Notes under the pieces: generated by a model | Databases searched by the model: none | What the model was told of the DNA's origin: nothing | What the model saw: only the letters and a program-made list of their open reading frames with translations | Position numbers and translations under genes: made by a program | Shown: one piece after another, positions 14,722-23,547 of the stretch | Layout: every line of letters begins with the position of its first letter | Position numbering within the stretch: position 1 is the stretch's first letter | Assembly: GCF_017912555.1 (NCBI RefSeq) | Contig: NZ_JAERSD010000033.1 | Coordinates: 5,445 to 29,444 of the forward strand | DNA from: Bacillus sp. REN3 | GTDB taxonomy: Bacteria; Bacillota; Bacilli; Bacillales; Cytobacillaceae | DNA length: 24,000 nt | Direction: 5' to 3'

Positions 14722-15093
14722 ATGGAAGAATGGGAATACAATGAATTGCTTGAAAGTGTTAATGATGTATACCTTGATTTGTTGAATGAAAAAAGAGGAT
14801 ATAAATACGCTATTGCCAGGACATTTTATGAATTTGAAACTGTATGCAATGAAGGGGAAACAGAAAACCTATTAGTTCATTTAGCTATAGGAGAGATTGT
14901 ATTAGCACATCCAAAAGTCTTTGTAGGGGTAGTTGACTCTATTAAAAAAGCACTGGGGCACACCAATATAGAACATTTGGAGAATGAATTGGCACCTGAA
15001 GAGATTGAGGATCTTTTTACAAGAAAAAATAATGTTATTAATGGAATTAATAAAGTAGAGATAGATTATGATCCCAATGCAGATAATTATTAA
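14722..15093 (+). CDS. immunity protein candidate for the orphan deaminase-like module
   Basis: RBS taggagaggg. Starts 20 nt after the orphan CT stop. Small and acidic. Confidence 0.6.
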   Translation: MEEWEYNELLESVNDVYLDLLNEKRGYKYAIARTFYEFETVCNEGETENLLVHLAIGEIVLAHPKVFVGVVDSIKKALGHTNIEHLENELAPEEIEDLFTRKNNVINGINKVEIDYDPNADNY

Positions 15094-15153
15094 TTAAGGT
15101 AATGACTTTTTCAACAAAGAAAACCGGTATTAAAAATCTATCATACCAACAAT

Positions 15154-15188
15154 GACCTTGACTAGCCAATGCCGGTCAAGGTTTTTAT
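15154..15188 (+). terminator. rho-independent terminator
   Basis: gaccttgac-(12 nt)-gtcaaggt followed by ttttat. Confidence 0.6.
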
Positions 15189-15200
15189 AATTTTAGATCA

Positions 15201-15286
15201 GTGAGCATGGGGACGTTTATCGTGGCAACCTCGCTTTTAGCCGTGATTAAGGGAAACTACGGGTGAGCACAAGAACCGTCCCCGTG
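15201..15286 (+). repeat. ~80-bp palindromic intergenic repeat, copy G
   Basis: gtgagcATGGGGACGTTTATCgtggcaacc...gtgagcacaAGAACCGTCCCCgtg. Confidence 0.8.
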
Positions 15287-15385
15287 AAAACTCACGTGAA
15301 AACCTCTCAAATAAAAACAAGTGAATAAATACCATATATAACCATTTTTATGATAAAATAACAACATCCTTAATAATGGAGGAAT

Positions 15386-15562
15386 ATGATGATTAATGGC
15401 ATACGTGGGATAGGAATTATTGCGGCTGTTGTTTATTTTATCTGCCAATTCACTTCTCTGGGGGACAACCAGGCTGTTGAGAAAGGTGCATTGGTGGTCA
15501 TCGTTGTTAGCGTGTTAATCAGCTTTATCATTCCTGATAAGAGGAAAGAGGAAAAGGCGTAG
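15386..15562 (+). CDS. possible small membrane protein (58 aa, below ORF-track cutoff)
   Basis: TGGAGGA RBS, then ATGATG. The product is MMINGIRGIGIIAAVVYFICQF...GALVVIVVSVLISFIIPDKRKEEKA, with two hydrophobic segments. Confidence 0.45.
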   Translation: MMINGIRGIGIIAAVVYFICQFTSLGDNQAVEKGALVVIVVSVLISFIIPDKRKEEKA

Positions 15563-16167
15563 ATGGGCAAAAGAGGGAGAAGACACTAATGCTAGTGTCC
15601 TCTTCTTAATAATAGGCTAATACTAGGATAGTTGTAATAGCGTCAGTTAGAATGGGATCAAAAGAACGAAACCATGAATCCTATAGTAAATAAACAATTT
15701 GGTGAATAATACCAAATGGAGGGAGAACAAATGAAAAATATTATATTTTAAATTTCTGTAATAGTAGTGGCTTTGTCTTTGTTCTTTTTAAGATATTCTT
15801 TAAATGTTATTAACGACTATACTTTTAAAATTATCAGTATTATTGTGCTAATAATAGTACTAACATTAAGATCAATTTTAAAAATTTCATTTTTTAAAAT
15901 CTTAAATCTCTAAAATTATTTTTATCTTCAATGAAACACCTTCTACAGTAACAAAATAAGAAAATCTTCACATTTGAAGTGAGGATTTTTTTATTTTCTA
16001 AAAGTTGAAGTCCCAGAAAGGGGTAGCGTCAGGAAAATGCGGATATACAACGCTACGCCCATTTTCGAGAAGATTCCCCCCCATTTTTAACAACGGTAAG
16101 AAAATTTTATTAAAGGATCTAACGAGCCGGCCAGGAGGAACAAGCCAAGTCGGATGATGAAGGTGCT

Positions 16168-16656
16168 GTGGAAGTCGATAAGGGCCTTTTTAACGTGGAA
16201 GTGACGCTGCCGGCATCCTTATTTGAGGGTGAGGATATTGATAAAGCTATCGAAGAGGCAAACACTGAAGGCGTTAAGGAAGTGATCAAGAATGATGATG
16301 GTTCCGTCACCTGCAAGATGTCCAAGTCGGAGCATAAGAAAATGATGAATGAGCTTGAAACAAGCATCCAGGAATCAGTGGAAGAGATGAAGACAAGCGG
16401 GGATTTTGTTTCAATCAAGGATATAACCCACAACAAATCTTTCTCAGAGTTCACTTTGGAAGTTGATAAACATGCCTATGAAAATAGCATGGATGGATTC
16501 GCTGTATTTGGATTGGGGATCTCAGGCGCATATTATCAGCTGTTCAATGGGGCTGGAAAGGATGATTATAAAGTGACGATTTTTGTGAAGGACCAGGCGA
16601 CTGGCGAGGAAATGGACCAGATTGTTTTCCCGGATGATATGGAGGAGAATGAGTAA
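16168..16656 (+). CDS. acidic hypothetical protein, possibly a 5'-truncated gene fragment
   Basis: The frame is open from 16123 (RAGQEEQAKSDDEGAVEVDK...) without an ATG or a good RBS. The track start is a GTG. The upstream sequence is unrelated AT-rich DNA. Confidence 0.4.
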   Translation: MEVDKGLFNVEVTLPASLFEGEDIDKAIEEANTEGVKEVIKNDDGSVTCKMSKSEHKKMMNELETSIQESVEEMKTSGDFVSIKDITHNKSFSEFTLEVDKHAYENSMDGFAVFGLGISGAYYQLFNGAGKDDYKVTIFVKDQATGEEMDQIVFPDDMEENE

Positions 16657-16798
16657 ATTTTTAGCGGGAAAGGCACTTGTCAAAAGAATCTTGGCAAGTT
16701 CTTTCTCACTGCCTTTTAGGAAGGATCGGGTCCGGATGGAAGTTTATGGGCCTATCTATCATAGAACGGATTATAGAGAATGGTAAGGGGATGAAGAA

Positions 16799-16987
16799 AT
16801 GAAGGCCAATAAGGATTTTATTAATCAATTAGAAGATTTATATCAATTATATGAAAAAGAGGTAAAGGAACGTTCTAAAGAAGGTTTGATAACAAAAAGT
16901 ACTGCAGATACTTATCTTCTTCACTCAGGGAACTTTATTAAATGGTGTAAGGGCAACTTTATTCCGGGAGGAAGAAACAAAGGTTAG
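16799..16987 (+). CDS. hypothetical protein (62 aa)
   Basis: RBS aagggga. I recognise no motif. Confidence 0.35.
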   Translation: MKANKDFINQLEDLYQLYEKEVKERSKEGLITKSTADTYLLHSGNFIKWCKGNFIPGGRNKG

Positions 16988-17137
16988 ATTTTGGTTACTG
17001 ACCAACATAAGATAGCAGATTTATCTTTTTATTAACATATAGAGGATTAGGAACGTTTTGCTAAGAAAATCTTATTCATATTTAAGTAGCTCAGTAAATG
17101 TTATTTAATGCTTGCTAGCCCTATTTGGGATAGCAAG

Positions 17138-17194
17138 CCTTGCTGTGCGGTTGACTAAAGGGAACTGCTGGTTGTCACGAGAACCGTCCCCATG
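17138..17194 (+). repeat. palindromic intergenic repeat, copy H, left arm missing (leader of SseB-like gene)
   Basis: ...ccttgctgtgcggttgactaaagggaactgctggttgtcacGAGAACCGTCCCCatg. The centre and right arm are present, with no GGGGACGGTTCTC on the left. Confidence 0.75.
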
Positions 17195-17229
17195 AAAACT
17201 CATGAAAATCCAGGGAGTGGTTATATTTT

Positions 17230-17964
17230 ATGAGTGTTTCTTTTGATGAGCTTTTGGCTGCGGCTGTTGAGGGGCCTTCTGGTCGTTTTCTTTTTTATAG
17301 GGCGTTGGTGGAGCTTGAGTTGTTCGTCATTGGTTCGGTGGCGGATGATGAAACTTTGAGCTTGAGGTACATCGAGGAGGATGGGGAGCTTGTGCTGCCT
17401 GTTTTTACGAGCCGGGAGAAGTTCGATGAGATTTTCAAGTCTGAGTATCCATATGTAAGGATTCAGGCGGAATTGCTGTTGGAGATGGCAGGAACGGACA
17501 TTCCATGGCTGGTGAATCCTTTTACAGGGTTAAGCAAGAAAATCATCCGGGAGGAGCTTGAAACCTTGAAGGATGGCCGGATCCTGAACTATTTTTTCGA
17601 ACAGCTTAGTGACGAGGAGAAAGAACGGATCCTGACTGAGCTAATGGAAGAACTGCCTGAAGAGGCAATGGATGTACTGCGAACATGTCTCAAGCAGTTC
17701 CCTACTGTTAAAAAAGCCTACCTGGTAAACCTGTTTGATCCTACGGCGGCTGATGAGGCGTTCCCGCTGCTGGCAGTGGAGGTGGAAGCTGTGGAAGAAG
17801 GTCTGGTCGGAGAACTTTTTAACGCTATCAATCATCATGCAGAGCCGCAGGTCGAAGTCATGATTCTCGACGAGTCGTTCCCGCTGGCAACCTCCATTGT
17901 CGGGCACACCAGGCCATTTTATTTCCGTGAATCGGTTGATGAGTTAAGGACAATGTTTGATTAG
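17230..17964 (+). CDS. SseB-family protein (244 aa), toxin-associated, copy 3
   Basis: Colinear with copies 1 and 2, with no indels. Confidence 0.85.
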   Translation: MSVSFDELLAAAVEGPSGRFLFYRALVELELFVIGSVADDETLSLRYIEEDGELVLPVFTSREKFDEIFKSEYPYVRIQAELLLEMAGTDIPWLVNPFTGLSKKIIREELETLKDGRILNYFFEQLSDEEKERILTELMEELPEEAMDVLRTCLKQFPTVKKAYLVNLFDPTAADEAFPLLAVEVEAVEEGLVGELFNAINHHAEPQVEVMILDESFPLATSIVGHTRPFYFRESVDELRTMFD

Positions 17965-17975
17965 GAGGTCGACGG

Positions 17976-19175
17976 GTGTCAAAGATTGAGGTTAAAATAA
18001 ATCAGGTCAAGGCGGCGAACAGGGATTTAGTCAATCTATCCTCTCGAGTGGAGAATGAGGAGAACCGGATTTCTTCCCTTAGGGGGCAGGTTGATGGCCG
18101 GATCGCCAGCCGCCGGAACATCGGAAGGAACTTGAGTGAGGCAGCTGCAAAGGCGAGGGCAATTGAAAAGAAGCTGGGTAAACTCCATCAATTCGTTGAT
18201 GCCTCGATGGATTTGTATGTGAAGGCCGATTAGAAGGCGGACCGATTCCGGGAGCCGGATAAGAAATCGATCTGGGAGAAGATCACAGACGGTTTTAAGA
18301 CTGCGAATGATATAAGGAAGGGATTCAGGAAGGGAGTGGCAGAGGCCTTTTTTTCAACCGTTGAAGGTATTTGGAATGCCGTCACCCATCCGGTCAAAAC
18401 CGCCAAAGGAATCGTCTATGCAATCGGCTATCCTCTGGAAACCGCCAAAAGTATTTGGAACTCCATCTCAGACTCCTGGAAGAACGATGTTATAAACGGC
18501 GATGCCAAAAGCCGTTCTGAATGGTTCGGCCGAGCCGTCGGTGAAGCCGCCCTTGCGATTATCGGGACCAAAGGCGTCGACAAGGCTGTAAAGGTGGCCA
18601 AAGGGGCCAGGGTTGTGAAGGAGGGTGGAGGAGTTAGGGTTGTTAGGCCGGAGACTATTGAGAAGAAGGATGGCGGGGATAGGGATGGAAAACGTGTGGC
18701 TCCTGAGAGGAAATACAGCGGAGATAGGGTGGAAAAGCGGGAGATTCCTCGGATCATAGACGGGAATGGCGGAATTGGGGATAATATCAATAAGGGTCCG
18801 GGTAATGATGTACCTCCTTATGGAAGAAAGTCAGTCCCTATAGGGCCTTACCGTGAAGTAAATGGTTATCCAGTAAAAGTGAAACCAGGTGCTCAGGAGA
18901 AACATATTCCAAATACTCCGAATTACAAACAAGAGATAGCGAGTGGGAAAAACAAAAGTATCATCTATGGCGATAATAAAACAACACAAGAATTGCTTGA
19001 TAAGTTTGCAGGAAATGGAACCACTGTTACCAAAAATAAAGAGAGAGTGGACTTTGGTGAACCAATAGGTAAATACTATGATACTGTGACTGGACAATAT
19101 ATAGAGACTAGTAGAGGAATGATACACTATGGAAAAGATGGTGCTCATATAGTACCAGCAAAACCATCAGAATAA
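17976..19175 (+). pseudogene. polymorphic toxin interrupted by one in-frame TAG; conserved N-terminal part + Ntox50-like (YobL/YxiD-CT-type?) C-terminal module
   Basis: Track ORFs 17976-18233 and 18336-19175 are in the same frame. The only lesion is TAG at 18231-18233 where copies 1 and 2 have AAG (gcggatAAGaaggcgg vs gccgatTAGaaggcgg). The CT after G-D-N (18777-18785) reads QEKHIPNTPNYKQ...LLDKFAGNG...KERVDFGEPIGKYYD...[17 protein letters not shown], which resembles the 'polymorphic toxin type 50' pattern I remember. Confidence 0.8.
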
Positions 19176-19194
19176 AATAAGAAAGAGGATGTTT

Positions 19195-19533
19195 ATGGAA
19201 GCAGATTCTTTATTTAAAACATTATTAGAGTATGAAGGTGTAGAAATCATATTAGAGTGGAACAGTGGATTAAGAATTGTAGGAAAAACAGACACATTTT
19301 TTGAGACAGACAATGGATTAGATGATGATGATCCCGAGTACGCAGAGTATTATGCAACTGCATTTCAAGTAAATCATATTTTATCCCATCCTTCTACTAA
19401 CGAAGGTAGTGTATATGATTGGTTGAAACAAGAAAAAAGTTCATTGGTTGAAATTTCTCTCTATGACGACCCACCAAGTTCCGTATTATTAACTGACGGA
19501 AAGAGAGTATGGGATAGGGAAATACCTAAATAA
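19195..19533 (+). CDS. cognate immunity protein candidate for the Ntox50-like toxin
   Basis: Immediately downstream of the toxin. I prefer the start at the second ATG (19195), 6 nt after aagaaagagg. Small and acidic. Confidence 0.65.
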   Translation: MEADSLFKTLLEYEGVEIILEWNSGLRIVGKTDTFFETDNGLDDDDPEYAEYYATAFQVNHILSHPSTNEGSVYDWLKQEKSSLVEISLYDDPPSSVLLTDGKRVWDREIPK

Positions 19534-19654
19534 TAATTGCTATTCTAGTTTTGTCCTTGAATGTATTAAAGAGACCTGAGGACGCGTTTTATGTCCCTAT
19601 ATTTAACAAGTCTTTATTTGTTGAATTGCTGGAGCAAAAATGGAGAGATAAAGA

Positions 19655-19909
19655 ATGCTTGATAATATAACCGGTTCAATAATATTGGATAATGGAAATA
19701 TAGTTTTTAGCTCAGGAATGTCTTCTGAGACTTTTATGAAAACTCCTTTGTACAAGGGAGGAATAGTTGATAATAATTATTTATTAAAAGATACACAAGA
19801 AATAAGTGGGAAACCATTTTTGCTAACATTATTTTTTAACCATGAAAAACTCAAGGAGGTACATTTATCAGAAGTAATTAATGGACTATCGCGGGATAAG
19901 AATCGGTAG
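19655..19909 (+). CDS. hypothetical protein, possibly a 3'-truncated orphan immunity gene
   Basis: RBS tggagag. The AT-rich body changes abruptly to GC-richer sequence at about 19885, where the antisense glycosyl-hydrolase-like fragment begins. The last ~8 codons are therefore probably junction-derived. Confidence 0.4.
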   Translation: MLDNITGSIILDNGNIVFSSGMSSETFMKTPLYKGGIVDNNYLLKDTQEISGKPFLLTLFFNHEKLKEVHLSEVINGLSRDKNR

Positions 19910-20182
19910 GCTGTGGAAGATGTCATAATTATGGACTACATGCATGATGACATCCCTAGTGTAATTGACAGCATCAGGATGACCAGGGTCAATAACATAA
20001 TCAGACCCATTCACATAGCTCCCTGAGAAAGTCTTACTTAACCAATTTTGCTCGCTTGGCTGTGTAAGGCCATGAGCATTAAAGATATGGGCCGGATCTT
20101 TTGGTGGAGTAGATTTGTTCCAGATAGGCATCATCGCAAACCAGGCATGAACATGACAAACATGGTCCGGAAAATTTACACC
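19886..20182 (-). pseudogene. internal fragment of a YngK/GHL10-type glycosyl-hydrolase-like gene
   Basis: Minus-strand frame ...HVHAWFAMMPIWNKSTPPKDPAHIF...YVIDPGHPDAVNYTRDVIMHVVHNYDI resembles the HAWF ... (L)DPG.PEV..Y....V.E.V.NYD.DG.HFDD region of that family (from memory). Only ~95 codons are present, bounded by a stop upstream and loss of similarity downstream. Confidence 0.5.
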
Positions 20183-20208
20183 TCAGTCCAGAGTGTGAAA
20201 CGTTTAAA

Positions 20209-20493
20209 ATGAGGGAAGTGAATAACACTATGGAAGGTATAAAATTAGACGAAATTAAAAAAGCTTTGTCCTTGTTATCTCAATCAAATGAACCGGTTGA
20301 AGCAGCCATTGACTTACATGATATTCAGGAAAGTTGTGTTAATCTAGGGACATTAATGGAAGAAATAAAATCAATACAAGACAAGCAGACACTTATGGAC
20401 AAGTTAACTGAAATTGAGATTGAACTAGATCATATAAATTGGCACTATAAAAGCTTGAAGAAAGGATTGAAAATATTATACAAGCTTAATTAG
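20209..20493 (+). CDS. hypothetical helical protein (94 aa or shorter)
   Basis: ORF followed by a good terminator. The start is uncertain (20209 or the ATG at 20230), and the RBS gaggga is poorly spaced. Confidence 0.45.
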   Translation: MREVNNTMEGIKLDEIKKALSLLSQSNEPVEAAIDLHDIQESCVNLGTLMEEIKSIQDKQTLMDKLTEIEIELDHINWHYKSLKKGLKILYKLN

Positions 20494-20515
20494 CTTGCTG
20501 TAGAATCGGAACACT

Positions 20516-20547
20516 AAGGGGAAGGTTTGAATCCTTCCTCTTTTTTA
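20516..20547 (+). terminator. rho-independent terminator
   Basis: aaggggaagg-tttgaat-ccttcctctt followed by tttt. Confidence 0.7.
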
Positions 20548-20589
20548 TATGTGTTTTTTGCATTCTGTCAGTGTTGACTTCTGACGACC

Positions 20590-21079
20590 AATTCCCTGAG
20601 CGCAGTGATAGAATCCTTTGATTACACGTATGATACCAAAGGGAACCGGGTTTCTGAGAAAACATCCAGCGGCACCGCACAGTTCACATATGACAAGAGC
20701 GGGCAGCTGACGAAGGAAATCTGACCGAACGGGGACATCCTGGAGTATATGTATGATGCAGTGGGGAACGCCTGACCAAGAAAGTGACAAAGAGAACCAC
20801 CATTACTACTGACACTTATACGTATGATGCAGCCAACCAGCTTTCCACCATTAATGGAACGGCTGTGACCCATGATCAATCCGGCAACATGACAAGTGAT
20901 GGAAAGAAAACTTTCATTTATGAAGCCGATGACCGTTTGATTGAAGTCAAGGAAGTAACCACTTCTTTAGGAAAGTAATTCAGAAGGCCACCGTGTCAGC
21001 AAGACAACAGGATCCACTACTGTCTACTATACGTATGACGTATGACAAAAATGACAATGTCGAATTGGAGACCGACTCT
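20590..21079 (+). pseudogene. decayed RHS/YD-repeat fragment
   Basis: YD repeats are readable across three frames: SFDYTYDTKGNRVSEKTSSGTAQFTYDKSGQLTKEI*PNGDILEYMYDAVGN / LTKKVTKRTTITTDTYTYDAANQLSTINGTAVTHDQSGNMTSDGKKTFIYEADDRLIEVKE / RVSKTTGSTTVYYTYD / KNDNVELETD. Lesions: TGA at 20722-20724, a 1-nt loss near 20770, a deletion creating TAA at 20976-20978, and a 7-bp tandem duplication acgtatg-acgtatg at 21031-21044. Paralogous to 22380-22740. Confidence 0.8.
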
Positions 21080-21265
21080 GACCGATTCCGGGAGCCGGAA
21101 AAGAAATCGATTTGGGAGAAAATCGCAGACGGTTTTAAGACAGCGAATGATATGAGGAAAGGATTCCGGAAGGGAGTTGCAGAGGCTCTTTTTTCAACAG
21201 TTGAAGGTATTTGGAACACCGTAACCCATCCGGTCAAAACGGCCAAAGGGATTGTCTATGCCATC
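21080..21265 (+). pseudogene. internal fragment of a PT-TG toxin gene (about codons 89-152) fused to the RHS fragment
   Basis: DRFREPEKKSIWEKIADGFKTANDMRKGFRKGVAEALFSTVEGIWNTVTHPVKTAKGIVYAI. The nucleotide sequence is colinear with 2728-2913, 12110-12295 and 18241-18426. Confidence 0.8.
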
Positions 21266-21985
21266 CTGTCCATCAGGACATAGACCTGTTCCTCATCAGA
21301 GGCAGGAAACGTCTGAATCATTTCTATGGCCAGGTCGTTCTTGCTTTTGAAAGATCGATGATGTTCTTTGCAGTATTCCTGCCTGAAATACGTTCGGAAA
21401 TCCCATGCGAAGGAATAACCTTCATCTACCAAATGGGTTGTCACCAGGCAGTGCGACCAGACACTTTTCCCTTCAGAATGGGAGAAGTGGAAATCCAATG
21501 CCTCCATCTTTCGTGTTGAGTTATCCTTATGGCACCCGGTGTCATCGACGATCAGGAAAATAATCGGCCTGTCGTCACCCTGTTTATGCCGAGCCCGACG
21601 AATGGAATTCATCAGGTGATTCATTCTTTTGGACTGTACACGCTTGGCACACCATGGGGATTCCTTCAGGAAACGTGTCAAACAGCTAAGGTCACGGTCT
21701 TTCCCGGAATGGTTCCGTATCTGCGTCATCGTTTTTCTGCCTGCGGTCAGGATGATGCCATGCATGATGGTAATCAAGTGATTAAGCTGGGGCTTGGATA
21801 AGCATAGACCAAGAGTGACAATGAACTTGACGATAGCAGAATGGATAGTTACCATAACCTTAGACATCTCCTTTTTTCTGGAATTTGGATTGGGTGGTAC
21901 CTTCCATTTCCCACGATTAAAGGGATGTCATTCTTGTTTTTATGAAGTTTTCAAGGTTAGACAAAACTAGACAATGTTTACGACA
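21266..21985 (-). mobile_element. truncated IS (IS701/IS4-superfamily DDE transposase, N-terminal ~200 codons only)
   Basis: Minus-strand ORF 21256-21867: MSKVMVTIHSAIVKFIVTLGLCLSKPQLNHL...LSCLTRFLKESPW...IIFLIVDDTGCHK...SKNDLAIEMI...QVYVLMD. The L.RFL..S.W, DDT and SK..LA blocks are typical of IS701-like DDE transposases as I remember them. The reading frame ends at the junction with the toxin fragment. The outer end (about 21985) is estimated only. Confidence 0.6.
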
Positions 21986-23525
21986 AGATTTTTGCAAGAC
22001 TCAAGTTACTTATACTTATGACCCAAACGGAAATGTTTCAAGTAGCACCTTAGCTTCCGGTACATCCTTAATTGTCACTAATTATAAGTATGATAAAAAT
22101 AATCAACTTACGAATATTTCGGGTGGGAATAGCTCTACAAATTTTACTTATTCTGAAAATGATAAAGTAGTTGGAATTAATAATAAAAATGGAACCAATA
22201 CATTCTTAAACCATGACGGTGCTGGCCAGTTAACAAGTGTGATTACACAAGATGCTAATGGTAGCTTGATTAGTTCCTATGATTATACTTTTAATGAAAA
22301 GGGGAATATTATAAAAGAAAAAGCAAAAGAAGGAACGAAACAATTTTTTTATGACAAAAAGGAACAATTAACTAAAGAAGTGTTGCAAAATGGTGACATC
22401 TATGAATATTCTTATGATGCGGCAGGTAATCGAATTAGTAAAAAGACAATTAAGGGAACAGACGTATCTTCAATAAATTATACCTACGACGCAGCTAATC
22501 AACTGGTTTCCATAAATGGAAATGCAACGATGCATGATAATAATGGGAATCTTTCCGGTGATGAAAAAAAAACCTATATTTATGATGCTGAAGATAGATT
22601 GATTGAGGTAAAAGAGGGAACCGTTTCACTTTCTAAGTATGAATATAATTCAGCTGGTCTGAGGATAAGTAAAACTACAGGTTCAACAACTATTTATTAT
22701 AGTTATGACGAGAATAATAATGTGGTTTTAGAAACGGATAAAACAGGGACAATATTAGCTTCTTATATTTATGACAAGGAGAATAAGCCGGTAACTATGT
22801 CCCAAGGTGGAAAAACATTTACTTTCCACGCAAATGGCCATGGTGATATAACAAAAGTAACAGACCAAACAGGTACAATAGTTGCGTCATTCGAGTATGA
22901 TTCTTGGGGAAACATTCTTAATGAAAGTGGTATAGCTGCTGCGGATATCCCATTCCGTTATGCTGGTTATCGTTACGATGCTGAAACAAAATTGTACTAT
23001 TTACAACAAAGATATTACAATCCTGAGATAGGTAGGTTTATAACTACTGATCCGGTTTTAGGTGCAAAAGAATTACCTATTAGTCAAAACGGCTATGCTT
23101 ATGCAGATAATAACCCTGTAATGAATGTAGATCCTAACGGGATGTTTTCTGTCCCTAAAAAGTTAAAATCAGCACTAAGATACTTTATTACAAAAATCTT
23201 TGATGATTTTATTGAAAATACCCTCACAAACGCCGTAATGATAATTGGTGGTGGAGGTATTGGAGCATGGACAGCTAGGAAATTGGCAATGAAGGGATTT
23301 ACGATGTTGAGGCGCTCCCCAAATAAAAAGGCAATTATAGGTTTTGTCACAGGGGGGATAACATCATATATCGCAGGAAATTGGTTCTCTAAAGCTGCAT
23401 CTATTGCGCAATATTGGACTTCTAAACTATGGAAGTATGAAAATTGGTTTGATAGGAACTGGCTTGGAAAAAAGATAGATAACGGTTTGCGCAGAGCAAA
23501 AAATTATCTGCTTAGAAGAATCTAA
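21942..23525 (+). CDS. RHS-repeat toxin, 5'-truncated; YD repeats + RHS core end (DPNGM) + glycine-rich hydrophobic C-terminal toxin module
   Basis: YD repeats run from about 21990 (VTYTYDPNGN...). The core terminus reads YYLQQRYYNPEIGRFITTDPV...YAYADNNPVMNVDPNGM (DPNGM at 23130-23144). A 126-aa CT follows, with AVMIIGGGGIGAWTA and AIIGFVTGGITSYIAGNWF. The first ~15 codons of the track ORF derive from the IS end or junction. Confidence 0.7.
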   Translation: MKFSRLDKTRQCLRQDFCKTQVTYTYDPNGNVSSSTLASGTSLIVTNYKYDKNNQLTNISGGNSSTNFTYSENDKVVGINNKNGTNTFLNHDGAGQLTSVITQDANGSLISSYDYTFNEKGNIIKEKAKEGTKQFFYDKKEQLTKEVLQNGDIYEYSYDAAGNRISKKTIKGTDVSSINYTYDAANQLVSINGNATMHDNNGNLSGDEKKTYIYDAEDRLIEVKEGTVSLSKYEYNSAGLRISKTTGSTTIYYSYDENNNVVLETDKTGTILASYIYDKENKPVTMSQGGKTFTFHANGHGDITKVTDQTGTIVASFEYDSWGNILNESGIAAADIPFRYAGYRYDAETKLYYLQQRYYNPEIGRFITTDPVLGAKELPISQNGYAYADNNPVMNVDPNGMFSVPKKLKSALRYFITKIFDDFIENTLTNAVMIIGGGGIGAWTARKLAMKGFTMLRRSPNKKAIIGFVTGGITSYIAGNWFSKAASIAQYWTSKLWKYENWFDRNWLGKKIDNGLRRAKNYLLRRI

Positions 23526-23547
23526 TATAGCGGGAGGAAAACTATAC

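Noticed and set aside
15257-15448. 63-aa minus-strand ORF overlapping repeat copy G and the small plus-strand membrane ORF.
   Set aside because: It runs through the repeat, has no RBS, and the plus-strand alternative (15386-15562) has a strong RBS.
15731-15913. Small membrane-protein-like frame after GGAGGGAG (MKNIIF*ISVIVVALSLFFLRYSL...) with an in-frame TAA at codon 7.
   Set aside because: It may be a decayed small gene. However, it lies in extremely AT-rich sequence where such frames arise by chance, and I have no paralogue to compare.
1026-17194. The palindromic repeats as integron attC sites or as a CRISPR array.
   Set aside because: No integron integrase or cas genes are in the window. 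The arms do not fit the RYYYAAC/GTTRRRY attC core. Spacing is irregular (hundreds to thousands of bp) with whole genes in between, so this is not a CRISPR array. Cassette-boundary behaviour is noted in the findings instead.
18231-18233. Programmed stop-codon readthrough or recoding at the TAG in toxin 3.
   Set aside because: There is no recoding signal, and the paralogues simply have AAG. A recent nonsense mutation or a sequencing error is more parsimonious.
20486-20879. Minus-strand ORFs overlapping the decayed RHS fragment.
   Set aside because: The plus strand shows clear YD-repeat coding potential across frameshifts. The minus-strand products have no recognisable features.
21211-21801. 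Plus-strand ORFs 21211-21519 and 21529-21801.
   Set aside because: They are antisense to the transposase fragment, whose product has recognisable DDE-transposase blocks. These are shadow ORFs.
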